DNA from: Eledone cirrhosa
Lineage: Eukaryota
Reading direction: 5' to 3'
Assembly (NCBI GenBank): GCA_964016885.1
Contig: OZ024742.1
Location: 374,914,001 to 374,978,000 of the forward strand
Length of the DNA: 64,000 nucleotides
Made by a program: the position numbers and the translations under genes. How positions within the stretch are numbered: the first letter of the stretch is position 1; each line of letters starts with the position of its first letter. Under the pieces are notes generated by a model. That model searched no databases. It saw nothing but the letters and a program-made list of their open reading frames with translations, and was not told the origin of the DNA. Shown in pieces: positions 24,061 through 37,900 of the stretch.

Positions 24061-26699
24061 AGCTTACAGGGTGGTAGGGGTATTGACAGTGTCTGGTGAT
24101 CCTACAGGGTGGTAGGGGCAATGACAGTGTATGGTGACCGTACAGTGTGGTAGGGTTATTGACGGGGTCTGGTGACCTTACAGGGTGGTAGGGGTATTGA
24201 CAGTGTCTGGTGACCTTACAGGGTGGTAGGGGCATTGACAGTGTCTAGTGACGGTACAGGGCGGTAGAGGCATTGACAGTGTATTGTGACCTTACAGGGT
24301 GGTAGGGGTATTGACAGTGTATGGTGACCCTACAGGGTGGTAGGGGCATTGACAGTGTATGGTGGCCCTACAGGATGGTAGGGGTATTGACAGTGTATGG
24401 TGACCCTACAGGGTGGTAGGGGTATTGACAGTGTCTCGTGACCTTACAGGGTGGTAGGGGTATTGACAGTGTATGGTGACCTTACAGGGTGGTAAGGGTA
24501 ATGACAGTGTATCGTGACCCTACAGGGGGGTAGGGGAATTGACAGTGTATGGTGACCCTACAGGGTGGTTGGGGTATTGACAGTGTATGGTGACCCTACA
24601 GGGTGGTAGGGGTATTGACAGTGTATGGTGACCCTACACGGTGGTAGGGTTATTGACAGTGTCTGGTGACCCTATCGAGTGTTAAGGGCATTGACAGTGT
24701 CTGGTGACCTTACAGGGTGGTAGGGGTATTGACAGTGTCTGGTGACCTTACAGAGTGGTAGGGGCATTGACATTTTCTTGTGACCTTACAGGGTGGTAGG
24801 GGCATTGACAGTGTGTGGTGACCCTACAGGGTGTTGGGGGCATTGAGAGTGTCTGGTGACCTTACAGGGTGGTCGGGGTCTTGACAGTGTCTGGTGAACT
24901 TACAGGGTGGTAGGGGTATTGACAGTGTATGGTGAACTTACAGGGTGGTAGGGGTATTGACAGTGTATGGTGAACTTACAGGGTGGTTGGGGCATTGACA
25001 GTGTCTGATGACCTTACAGGGTGGTAGGGTTGTTGACAGTGTCTGATGATCTTACAGGGTGGTAGGGGCATTGACAGTGTCTAGTGACCTTACAGGGTGG
25101 TAGGGGTATTGACAGTGTTTGGTGATCTTACAGGGTAGTAGGGGCATCGAGAGTGTCTGTTGACTCTACAGGGTTGTAGGGGTATTGACAGTGTATGGTG
25201 ACGCTACAGGGTGGTAGGGGTATTGACAGTGTATGGTGAACTTACAGGGTGGTAGGGGCATTGACAGTGTCTGGTGATCTTACAGAGTGGTAGGGGCATT
25301 GACAGTGTATGGTGACCCTAAAGGGTGGTAGGGGTATTGACAGTGTCTGGTGATCTTACAGGGTGGTAGGGGCATTGACAGTGTATGGTGATCCTACAGG
25401 ATGGTAGGGGTATTGACAGTGTCTGGTGACCTCACAGGGTGGCAGGGTTATTGACAGTGTATGGTGACCTTACAGGGTGGTAGGTTTATTGACAGTGTAT
25501 GGTGACCTTACAGGGTGGTAGGGGCATTGACAGTGTATGGTGACCCTACAGGATGGTAGGGGTATTGATAGTGTTTGGTGACCTTACAGGATGGTAGGGG
25601 TATTGATAGTGTCTGGTGACCCTAAAGGGTGGTAGGGGTATTGACAGAGTCTGGTGACCCTATAGTGTGGTAGGGGTATTGACAGTGTCTCGTGATCTTA
25701 CAGGGTGGTAGGGGCATTGACAGTGTATGGTAACCCTACAGGATGGTAGGGGTATTGATAGTGTCTGGTGACCTTACACAATGGTAGGGGCATTGACAGT
25801 GTCTGGTGACCTTACAGGGTGGCAGGGTTATTGACAGTGTATGGTGACCTTACAGGGTGGTAGGGTTATTGACAGTGTATGGTGACCTTACAGGGTGGTA
25901 GGGGCATTGACAGTGTCTAGTGACGCTACAGGGCGGTAGGGGCATTGACAGTGTATGGTGATCCTACAGGGTGGTAGGGGTATTGACAGTGTATGGTGAT
26001 CCTACAGGGTGGTAGTGGCATTGATAGTGTATGGTGGCCCTACAGGGTGGTAGGGGTATTGACAGTGTATGGTGACCCTACAGGGTGGTAGGGGTATTTA
26101 CAGTGTCTCGTGAACTTACAGGGTGGTAGGGGTATTGACACTGTATGGTGACCTTACAGGGTGGTAAGGGTAATGACAGTGTATCGTGACCCTACAGGGG
26201 GGTAGGGGAATTGACAGTGTATGGTGACCCTACAGGGTAGTTGGGGTATTGACAGTGTATGGTGACCCTACAGGGTGGTAGGGGTATTGATAGTGTCTGG
26301 TGACCTTACACAATGGTAGGGGCATTGACAGTGTCTGGTGACCTTACAGGGTGGCAGGGTTATTGACAGTGTCTGGTGACCTTACAGAGTGGTAGGGGCA
26401 TTGACATTTTCTGGTGACCTTACAGGGTGGTAAGGGCATTGACAGTGTGTGGTGACCCTACAGGGTGTTGGGGGCATTGAGAGTGTCTGGTGACCTTACA
26501 GGGTGGTAGGGGTCTTGACAGTGTCTGGTGAACTTACAGGGTGGTAGGGGTATTGACAGTGTCTGGTGACCTTACAGGGTGGTAGGGGTATTGACAGTGT
26601 ATGGTGACCTTAAAGTGTGGTAGGGGCATTGACAGTGTCTGGTGACCTTACAGGGTGGTAGGGGTGTTGACAGTGTCTGATGACCTTACAGGGTGGTAG

Positions 26700-29600
26700 G
26701 GGTATTGACAGTGTCTGGTGACCTTACAGGGTGGTTGGGGCATTGACAGTGTCTGATGACCTTACAGGGTGGTAGGGGTATTGAGAGTGTCTGGTGACAT
26801 TACAGGGTGGTAGGGGTATTGACAGTGTTTGGTGATCTTACAGGGTGGTAGGGGCATTGACAGTGTCTGTTGACCCTACAGGGTGGTAGGGGTATTGACA
26901 GTGTATGGTGACGCTACAGGGTGGTAGGGGTATTGACAGTGTATGGTGAACTTACAGGGTGGTAGGGGTATTGACAGTGTATGGTGACCCTACAGGGTGG
27001 TAGGGGTATTGACAGTGTCTGGTGACCTTACAGGGTGGTAGGGGCATTGACAGTGTCTGGTGATCTTACAGGGTGGTAGGGGCATTGACAGTGTATGGTG
27101 ACGCTACAGGGTGGTAGGGGTGTTGACGATGTCTGGTGACCCTACAGGGTGGTAGGTGTACTGACAGAGTCTGGTGACCTTACAGGTTGGTAGGGGTATT
27201 GACAGTGTATGGTGACCCTACATGGTGCTAGGGGCATTGACAGTGTATGGTGACCCTATAGGCTGGTAGGGGCATTGACAGTGTATAGGGACCTCACAGG
27301 GTGGTAGGGGTATTGACAGTGTCGGTGACCTTACAGGGTGGTAGGGGTATTGACAGTGTATGGTGACACTACAGCGTGGTAGGGGCATTGACAGTGTATG
27401 GTGACCTTACAGGGTGGTAGGGGCATTGACAGTTTATGGTGACCTTACAGGGTGGTAGGGGCATTGACAGTGTATGGTGACATTACAGGGTGGTAGGGGC
27501 ATTGACAGTGTATGGTGACCCTACAGGGTGGTAGGTGTATTGACAGTGTATGGTGAGCCTACAGCGTGGTAGGTGCATTGACAGTGTATGGTGACCTTAC
27601 ACGGTGGTAGGGGTATTGGCAGTGTATAGTGAACCTACAGGGTGGTAGGGGCATTGACAGTGTATGGTGACCTTACAGGGTGGTAGGGGTATTGACAGTG
27701 TCTGGTGACCTTACAGGGTGGTAGGGGTATTGACAGTGTATGGTGACCTTACAGGGTGGTAGGGGCATTGACAGTGTCTGGTGACCTTACAGGTTGGTGG
27801 GGGTGTTGACAGTGTCTGGTGACTTTACAGGGTGGTAGGGGTAATGACAGTGTCTGGTGACCTTACAGGGTGGTAGGGGTATTGACAGTGTCTGGTGACC
27901 TTACAGGGTGGTAGGGGCATTGACAGTGTATGGTGACCCTACAGAGTGGTAGGGGTATTGACAGTGTCTGGTGACCTTAAAGGGTGGTAGGGGCATTGAC
28001 AGTGTCTGGTGATCTTACAGGGTGATAGGGGCATTGACAGTGTATGGTGACGCTACAGGGTGGTAGGGGTGTTGACGATGTCTGGTGAACTTACAGGGTG
28101 ATAGGGGTGTTGACAGTGTATGGTGACCCTATAGGGTGGTAGGGGTATTGACAGCGTCTGGTGACCCTAAAGGGTGGTAGGGGTATTGACAGAGTCTGGT
28201 GACCCTATAGTGTGGTAGGGGTATTGACAGTGTCTGGTGATCTTACAGGGTGGTAGGGGCATTGACAGTGTATGGTGACCCTACAGGATGGTAGGGGTAT
28301 TGATAGTGTCTGGTGACCTTACAGGATGGTAGGGGTATTGACAGTGCATGGTGACCCTACAGGGTGGTAGGGGTATTGACAGTGTCTGGTGACCTTACAG
28401 GGTGGTAGGGGCATTGACAGTGTCTGGTGATCTTACATGGTGGTAGGGGTATTGACAGTGTCTGGTGAACCTACAGGGTGGTAGGGGCATTGACAGTGTA
28501 TGGTGACCTTTCAGTGTGGTAGGGTTATTGACGGGGTCTGGTGACCTTACAGGGTGGTAGGGGCATTGACAGTGTCTGGTGACCTTACAAGGTGGTAGGG
28601 GTATTGACAGTGTCTGGTGACACTACAGGGTGGTAGGGGCATTGACAGTGTATGGTGACCTTACAGTGTGGTAGGGTTATTGACGGGGTCTGGTGACCTT
28701 ACAGGGTGGTAGGGGCATTGACAGTGTCTGGTGATCTTACAGGGTGGTAGGGGTATTGACAGTGTCTGGTGACCCTACAGGGTGGTAGGGGCATTGAGAG
28801 TGTATGGTGACCTTACAGTGTGGTAGGGTTATTGACGGGGTCTGGTGACCTTACAGGGTGGTAGGGGCATTGACAGTGTCTGGTGACCTTACAGGGTGGT
28901 AGGTGTATTGACAGTGTCTGGTGACCCTACAGGGTGGTAGGGGCATTGACAGTGTATGGTGACCTTACAGTGTGGTAGGGTTATTGACGGGGTCTGATGA
29001 CCTTACAGGGTGGTAGGGGTATTGACAGTGTCTGGTGACCTTACAGGGTGATAGGGGTATTGACAGTGTCTAGTGACGCTACAGGGCGGTAGGGGCATTG
29101 ACAGTGTATTGTGACGCTACAGGGTGGTAGGGGTATTGACAGTGTATGGTGACGTTACAGGGTGGTAGGGGTATTGACAGTGTTTGGTGACCTTACAGGG
29201 TGGTAGGGGTATTGACAGTGTTTGGTGACCTTACAGGGTGGTTGGGGCATTGACAGTGTCTGATGACCTTACAGGGTGGTAGGGGTATTGAGAGTGTCTG
29301 GTGACATTACAGGGTGGTAGGGGTATTGACAGTGTTTGGTGATCTTACAGGGTGGTAGGGGCATTGACAGTGTCTGTTGACCCTACAGGGTGGTAGGGGT
29401 ATTGACAGTGTATTGGTGACGCTACAGGGTGGTAGGGGTATTGACAGTGTATGGTGAACTTACAGGGTGGTAGGGGTATTGACAGTGTATGGTGACCCTA
29501 CAGGGTGGTAGGGGTATTGACAGTGTCTGGTGACCTTACAGGGTGGTAGGGGCATTGACAGTGTCTGGTGATCTTACAGGGTGGTAGGGGCATTGACAGT

Positions 29601-31800
29601 GTATGGTGACGCTACAGGGTGGTAGGGGTGTTGACGATGTCTGGTGAACTTACAGGGTGGTAGGGGTGTTGACAGTGTCTGGTGACCTTACAGGGTGGTA
29701 GGGACATTGACAGTGTCTGGTGACCCTACAGGGTGGTAGGGGTATTGACAGTGTCTGGTGACCCTACAGGGTGGTAGGTGTACTGACAGAGTCTGGTGAC
29801 CTTACAGGTTGGTAGGGGTATTGACAGTGTATGGTGACCCTACATGGTGCTAGGGGCATTGACAGTGTATGGTGACCCTATAGGCTGGTAGGGGCATTGA
29901 CAGTGTATAGGGACCTCACAGGGTGGTAGGGGTATTGACAGTGTCGGTGACCTTACAGGGTGGTAGGGGTATTGACAGTGTATGGTGACACTACAGCGTG
30001 GTAGGGGCATTGACAGTGTATGGTGACCTTACAGGGTGGTAGGGGCATTGACAGTTTATGGTGACCTTACAGGGTGGTAGGGGCATTGACAGTGTATGGT
30101 GACATTACAGGGTGGTAGGGGCATTGACAGTGTATGGTGACCCTACAGGGTGGTAGGTGTATTGACAGTGTATGGTGAGCCTACAGCGTGGTAGGTGCAT
30201 TGACAGTGTATGGTGACCTTACACGGTGGTAGGGGTATTGGCAGTGTATAGTGAACCTACAGGGTGGTAGGGGCATTGACAGTGTATGGTGACCTTACAG
30301 GGTGGTAGGGGTATTGACAGTGTCTGGTGACCTTACAGGGTGGTAGGGGTATTGACAGTGTATGGTGACCTTACAGGGTGGTAGGGGCATTGACAGTGTC
30401 TGGTGACCTTACAGGTTGGTGGGGGTGTTGACAGTGTCTGGTGACTTTACAGGGTGGTAGGGGTAATGACAGTGTCTGGTGACCTTACAGGGTGGTAGGG
30501 GTATTGACAGTGTCTGGTGACCTTACAGGGTGGTAGGGGCATTGACAGTGTATGGTGACCCTACAGAGTGGTAAGGGTATTGACAGTGTCTGGTGACCTT
30601 AAAGGGTGGTAGAGGCATTGACAGTGTCTGGTGATCTTACAGGGTGATAGGGGCATTGACAGTGTATGGTGACGCTACAGGGTGGTAGGGGTGTTGACGA
30701 TGTCTGGCGAACTTACAGGGTGATAGGGGTGTTGACAGTGTATGGTGACCCTATAGGGTGGTAGGGGTATTGACAGCGTCTGGTGACCCTAAAGGGTGGT
30801 AGGGGTATTGACAGAGTCTGGTGACCCTATAGTGTGGTAGGGGTATTGACAGTGTCTGGTGATCTTACAGGGTAGTAGGGGCATTGACAGTGTATGGTGA
30901 CCCTACAGGATGGTAGGGGTATTGATAGTGTCTGGTGACCTTACAGGATGGTAGGGGTATTGATAGTGTCTGCTGACCTTACAGGATGGTAGGGGTATTG
31001 ACAGTGCATGGTGACCCTACAGGGTGGTAGGGGTATTGACAGTGTCTGGTGACCTTACAGGGTGGTAGGGGCATTGACAGTGTCTGGTGATCTTACATGG
31101 TGGTAGGGGTATTGACAGTGTCTGGTGAACCTACAGGGTGGTAGGGGCATTGACAGTGTATGGTGACCTTTCAGTCTGGTAGGGTTATTGACGGGGTCTG
31201 GTGACCTTACAGGGTGGTAGGGGCATTGACAGTGTCTGGTGACCTTACAAGGTGGTAGGGGTATTGACAGTGTCTGGTGACCCTACAGGGTGGTAGGGGC
31301 ATTGACAGTGTATGGTGACCTTACAGTGTGGTAGGGTTATTGACGGGGTCTGGTGACCTTACAGGGTGGTAGGGGCATTGACAGTGTCTGGTGATCTTAC
31401 AGGGTGGTAGGGGTATTGACAGTGTCTGTTGACCCTACAGGGTGGTAGGGGCATTGAGAGTGTATGGTGACCTTACAGTGTGGTAGGGTTATTGACGGGG
31501 TCTGGTGACCTTAAGGGTGGTAGGGGCATTGACAGTGTCTGGTGACCTTACAGGGTGGTAGGTGTATTGACAGTGTCTGGTGACCCTACAGGGTGGTAGG
31601 GGCATTGACAGTGTATGGTGACCTTACAGTGTGGTAGGGTTATTGACGGGGTCTGATGACCTTACAGGGTGGTAGGGGTATTGAGAGTGTCTGGTGACCT
31701 TACAGGGTGATAGGGGTATTGACAGTGTCTAGTGACGCTACAGGGCGGTAGGGGCATTGACAGTGTATTGTGACGCTACAGGGTGGTAGGGGTATTGACA
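26700..31800. repeat. Tandem duplication of a ~69-70-monomer (~2.6 kb) block (~26.7-29.2 kb and ~29.2-31.8 kb)
   Basis: CTGACAGAGT at 27161/29783 and ACCTCACA at 27291/29913 (+2622 = 69 units). ACGGGGTCT at 28531/31191 (+2660 = 70 units). Confidence 0.9.
28430..29030. repeat. Local 4-monomer (152 bp) higher-order repeat, 4 copies
   Basis: ACGGGGTCT marker at 28531, 28683, 28835 and 28987 (period 152). The same run is at 31191, 31343, 31495, 31646 and at 42701, 42853, 43005. Confidence 0.92.
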
Positions 31801-31909
31801 GTGTATGGTGACCCTACAGGGTGGTAGGGGCATTGACAGTGTAAGGTAACCCTACAGGGTGGTAGGGGAATTGATAGTGTATGGTGACCCTACAGGGTGG
31901 TAGGGGTAT

Positions 31910-34900
31910 TGACAGTGTATGGTGACCCTAGAGGGTGGTAGGGGCATTGACAGTGTATGGTGGCCCTACAGGGTGGTAGGGGTATTGACAGTGTATGGTG
32001 ACCCTACAGGGTGGTAGGGGTATTGACAGTGTCTCGTGACCTTACAGGGTGGTAGGGGTATTGACAGTGTATGGTGACCTTACAGGGTGGTAAGGGTAAT
32101 GACAGTGTATCGTGACCCTACAGGGGGGTAGCGGAATTGACAGTGTATGGTGACCCTACAGGGTGGTTGGGGTATTGACAGTGTATGGTGACCCTACAGG
32201 GTGGTAGGGGTATTGACAGTGTATGGTGACCCTACAGGGTGGTAGGGTTATTGACAGTGTCTGTTGACCCTATCGAGTGTTAAGGGCATTAACAGTGTAT
32301 GCTGCACTTACAGGTAGGTAGCGGCATTGACAGTGTCTGGTGACCTTACAGGGTGGTAGGGGCATTGACAATGTCTGGTGACCTTACAGGGTTGTAGGGG
32401 CATTGACAGTGTCAGGTGACCTTACAGGGTGGTAGGAGTATTGACAGTGTATGGTGAGCTTACAGGGTTGTAGGGGTATTGACAGTGTCTGGTGACCTTA
32501 CAGAGTGGTAGGGGTATTGACATTTACTGGTGACCTTACAGGGTGGTAGGGGCATTGACAGTGTATGGTGACCTTAAAGTGTGGTAGGGGCATTGACAAT
32601 GTCTGGTGAACCTACAGGGTGGTAGGGGTCTTGACAGTGTCTGGTGAACTTACAGGGTGGTAGGGGTATTAACATTGTCTGGTGACCTTACAGGGTGGTA
32701 GGGATATTGACAGTGTATGGTGACCTTAAAGTGTGGTAGGGGCATTGACAGTGTCTGGTGACCTTACAGGGTAGTAGGGGTGTTGACAGTGTTTGGTGAC
32801 CTTACAGGGTGGTAGGGGTATTGACAGTGTCTGGTGATCCTACAGGGTGGTAGGGGCAATGACAGTGTATGGTGACCGTACAGTGTGGTAGGGTTATTGA
32901 CGGGGTCTGGTGACCTTACAGGGTGGTAGGGGTATTGACAGTGTCTGGTGACCTTACAGGGTGGTAGGGGCATTGTCAGTGTCTAGTGACGCTACAGGGC
33001 GGTAGAGGCATTGACAGTGTATTGTGACCTTACAGGGTGGTAGGGGTATTGACAGTGTATGGTGACCCTACAGGGTGGTAGGGGCATTGACAGTGTATGG
33101 TGGCCCTACAGGATGGTAGGGGTATTGACAGTGTATGGTGACCATACAGGGTGGTAGGGGTATTGACAGTGTCTCGTGACCTTACAGGGTGGTAGGGGTA
33201 TTGACAGTGTATGGTGACCTTACAGGGTGGTAAGGGTAATGACAGTGTATCGTGACCCTACAGGGGGGTAGGGGAATTGACAGTGTATGGTGACCCTACA
33301 GGGTGGTTGGGGTATTGACAGTGTATGGTGACCCTACAGGGTGGTAGGGGTATTGACAGTGTATGTTGACCCTACACGGTGGTAGGGTTATTGACAGTGT
33401 CTGGTGACCCTATCGAGTGTTAAGGGCATTGACAGTGTATGGTGCCCTTACAGGTAGGTAGGGGCATTGACAGTGTCTGGTGAACTTACAGGGTGGTAGG
33501 GGCATTGACAATGTCTGGTGACCTTACAGGGTGGTAGGAGTATTGGCAGTGTATGGTGAGCTTACAGGGTGGTAGAGGCATTGACAGTGTCTGGTGACCT
33601 TACAGGGTGGTATGGGCATTGACAGTGTCTGGTGACCTTACAGGGTGGTAGGGGTATTGACAGTGTCTGGTGACCTTACAGAGTGGTAGGGGCATTGACA
33701 TTTTCTGGTGACCTTACAGGGTGGTAGGGGCATTGACAGTGTGTGGTGACCCTAGAGGGTGTTGGGGGCATTGAGAGTGTCTGGTGACCTTACAGAGTGG
33801 TCGGGGTCTTGACAGTGTCTGGTGAACTTACAGGGTGGTAGGGGTATTGACAGTGTATGGTGAACTTACAGGGTGGTAGGGGTATTGACAGTGTATGGTG
33901 ACCTTACAGGGTGGTTGGGGCATTGACAGTGTCTGATGACCTTACAGGGTGGTAGGGGTGTTGACAGTGTCTGATGATCTTACAGGGTGGTAGGGGCATT
34001 GACAGTGTCTAGTGACCTTACAGGGTGGTAGGCGTATTGACAGTGTTTGGTGATCTTACAGGGTAGTAGGGGCATCGAGAGTGTCTGTTGACTCTACAGG
34101 GTGGTAGGGGTATTGACAGTGTATGGTGAACTTACAGGGTGGTAGGGGCATTGACAGTGTCTGGTGATCTTACAGGGTGGTAGGGGCATTGACAGTGTAT
34201 GGTGACGCTACAGGGTGGTAGGGGTGTTGACGATGTCCGGTGAACTTACAGGGTGGTAGGGGTGTTGACAGTGTATGGTGACCCTGTAGGATGGTAGGGG
34301 TATTGACAGCGCCTGGTGACCACAAAGGGTGGTAGGGGTATTGACAGTGTCTGGTGATCTTACAGGGTGGTAGGGGTATTGACAGTGTCTGGTGACCTTA
34401 CAGGGTGGCAGGGTTATTGACAGTGTATGGTGACCTTACAGGGTGGTAGGTTTATTGACAGTGTATGGTGACCTTACAGGGTGGTAGGGGCATTGACAGT
34501 GTATGGTGACCCTACAGGATGGTAGGGGTATTGATAGTGTTTGGTGACCTTACAGGATGGTAGGGGTATTGATAGTGTCTGGTGACCCTAAAGGGTGGTA
34601 GGGGTATTGACAGAGTCTGGTGACCCTATAGTGTGGTAGGGGTATTGACAGTGTCTCGTGATCTTACAGGGTGGTAGGGGCATTGACAGTGTATGGTAAC
34701 CCTACAGGATGGTAGGGGTATTGATAGTGTCTGGTGACCTTACAGAATGGTAGGGGCATTGACAGTGTCTGGTGACCTTACAGGGTGGCAGGGTTATTGA
34801 TAGTGTATGGTGACCTTACAGGGTGGTAGGGTTATTGACAGTGTATGGTGACCTTACAGGGTGGTAGGGGCATTGACAGTGTCTAGTGACGCTACAGGGC

Positions 34901-37900
34901 GGTAGGGGCATTGACAGTGTATGGTGATCCTACAGGGTGGTAGGGGTATTGACAGTGTATGGTGATCCTACAGGGTGGTAGTGGCATTGATAGTGTATGG
35001 TGGCCCTACAGGGTGGTAGGGGTATTGACAGTGTATGGTGACCCTACAGGGTGGTAGGGGTATTGACAGTGTCTCGTGAACTTACAGGGTGGTAGGGGTA
35101 TTGACACTGTATGGTGACCTTACAGGGTGTTAAGGGTAATGACAGTGTATTGTGACCCTACAGGGGGGTAGGGGAATTGACAGTGTATGGTGACCCTACA
35201 GGGTAGTTGGGGTATTGACAGTGTATGGTGACCCTACAGGGTGGTAGGGGTATTGATAGTGTATGGTGACCCTACAGGGTAGTAGGGTTATTGACAGTGT
35301 CTGGTGACCCTATCGAGTGTTAAGGGCATTAACAGTGTATGGTGCCCTTACAGGTAGGTAGGGGCATTGACAGTGTCTCGTGACCTTACAGGGTGGTAGG
35401 GGCATTGACAATGTCTGGTGACCTTACAGGGTTGTAGGGGCATTGACAGTGTCAGGTGACCTTACAGAGTGGTAGGGGCATTGACATTTTCTGGTGATCT
35501 TACAGGGTGGTTCGGGCATTGACAGTGTGTGGTGACCCTACAGGGTGTTGGGGGCATTGAGAGTGTCTGGTGACCTTACAGGGTGGTAGGGGTCTTGACA
35601 GTGTCTGGTGAACTTACAGGGTGGTAGGGGTATTGACAGTGTCTGGTGACCTTACAGGGTGGTAGGGGTATTGACAGTGTATGGTGACCTTAAAGTGTGG
35701 TAGGGGCATTGACAGTGTCTGGTGACCTTACAGGGTGGTAGGGGTGTTGACAGTGTCTGATGACCTTACAGGGTGGTAGGGGTATTGACAGTGTCTGGTG
35801 ACGTTACAGGGTGGTAGGGGTATTGACAGTGTTTGGTGACCTTACAGGGTGGTAGGGGTATTGACAGTGTTTGGTGACTTTACAGGGTGGTTGGGGCATT
35901 GACAGTGTCTGATGACCTTACAGGGTGGTAGGGGTATTGAGAGTGTCTGGTGACCTTACAGGGTGGTAGAGGTATTGACAGTGTTTGGTGATCTTACAGG
36001 GTGGTAGGGGCATTGACAGTGTCTGTTGACCCTACAGGGTGGTAGGGGTATTGACAGTGTATGGTGACGCTACAGGGTGGTAGGGGTATTGACAGTGTAT
36101 GGTGAACTTACAGGGTGGTAGTGGTATTGACAGTGTATGGTGACCCTACAGGGTGGTAGGGGTATTGACAGTGTCTGGTGACCTTACAGGGTGGTAGGGG
36201 CATTGACAGTGTCTGGTGATCTTACAGGGTGGTAGGGGCATTGACAGTGTATGGTGACGCTACAGGGTGGTAGGGGTGTTGACGATGTCTGGTGAACTTA
36301 CAGGGTGGTAGGGGTGTTGACAGTGTCTGGTGACCTTACAGGGTGGTAGGGACATTGACAGTGTCTGGTGACCCTACAGGGTGGTAGGGGTATTGACAGT
36401 GTCAGGTGACCCTACAGGGTGGTAGGTGTACTGACAGAGTCTGGTGACCTTACAGGTTGGTAGGGGTATTGACAGTGTATGGTGACCCTACATGGTGCTA
36501 GGGGCATTGACAGTGTATGGTGACCCTATAGGCTGGTAGGGGCATTGACAGTGTATAGGGACCTCATAGGGTGGTAGGGGTATTGACAGTGTCGGTGACC
36601 TTACAGGGTGGTAGGGGTATTGACAGTGTATGGTGACACTACAGCGTGGTAGGGGCATTGACAGTGTATGGTGACCTTACAGGGTGGTAGGGGCATTGAC
36701 AGTTTATGGTGACCTTACAGGGTGGTAGGGGCATTGACAGTGTATGGTGACATTACAGGGTGGTAGGGGCATTGACAGTGTATGGTGACCCTAGAGGGTG
36801 GTAGGGGCATTGACAGTGTATGGTGGCCCTACAGGGTGGTAGGGGTATTGACAGTGTATGGTGACCCTACAGGGTGGTAGGGGTATTGACAGTGTATGGT
36901 GACCCTAGAGGGTGGTAGGGGTATTGACAGTGTCTCGTGACCTTACAGGGTGGTAGGGGTATTGACAGTGTATGGTGACCTTACAGGGTGGTAAGGGTAA
37001 TGACAGTGTATCGTGACCCTACAGGGGGGTAGCGGAATTGACAGTGTATGGTGACCCTACAGGGTGGTTGGGGTATTGAGAGTGTATGGTGACCCTACAG
37101 GGTGGTAGGGGTATTGACAGTGTATGGTGACCCTACAGGGTGGTAGGGTTATTGACAGTGTCTGTTGACCCTATCGAGTGTTAAGGGCATTAACAGTGTA
37201 TGCTGCACTTACAGGTAGGTAGCGGCATTGACAGTGTCTGGTGACCTTACAGGGTGGTAGGGGCATTGACAATGTCTGGTGACCTTACAGGGTTGTAGGG
37301 GCATTGACAGTGTCAGGTGACCTTACAGGGTGGTAGGAGTATTGACAGTGTATGGTGAGCTTACAGGGTTGTAGGGGTATTGACAGTGTCTGGTGACCTT
37401 ACAGAGTGGTAGGGGTATTGACATTTACTGGTGACCTTACAGGGTGGTAGGGGCATTGACAGTGTATGGTGACCTTAAAGTGTGGTAGGGGCATTGACAA
37501 TGTCTGGTGAACCTACTGGGTGGTAGGGGTCTTGACAGTGTCTGGTGAACTTACAGGGTGGTAGGGGTATTGACATTGTCTGGTGACCTTACAGGGTGGT
37601 AGGGATATTGACAGTGTATGGTGACCTTAAAGTGTGGTAGGGGCATTGACAGTGTCTGGTGACCTTACAGGGTAGTAGGGGTGTTGACAGTGTTTGGTGA
37701 CCTTACAGGGTGGTAGGGGTATTGACAGTGTCTGGTGATCCTACAGGGTGGTAGGGGCAATGACAGTGTATGGTGACCGTACAGTGTGGTAGGGCTATTG
37801 ACGGGGTCTGGTGACCTTACAGGGTGGTAGGGGTATTGACAGTGTCTGGTGACCTTACAGGGTGGTAGGGGCATTGTCAGTGTCTAGTGACGCTACAGGG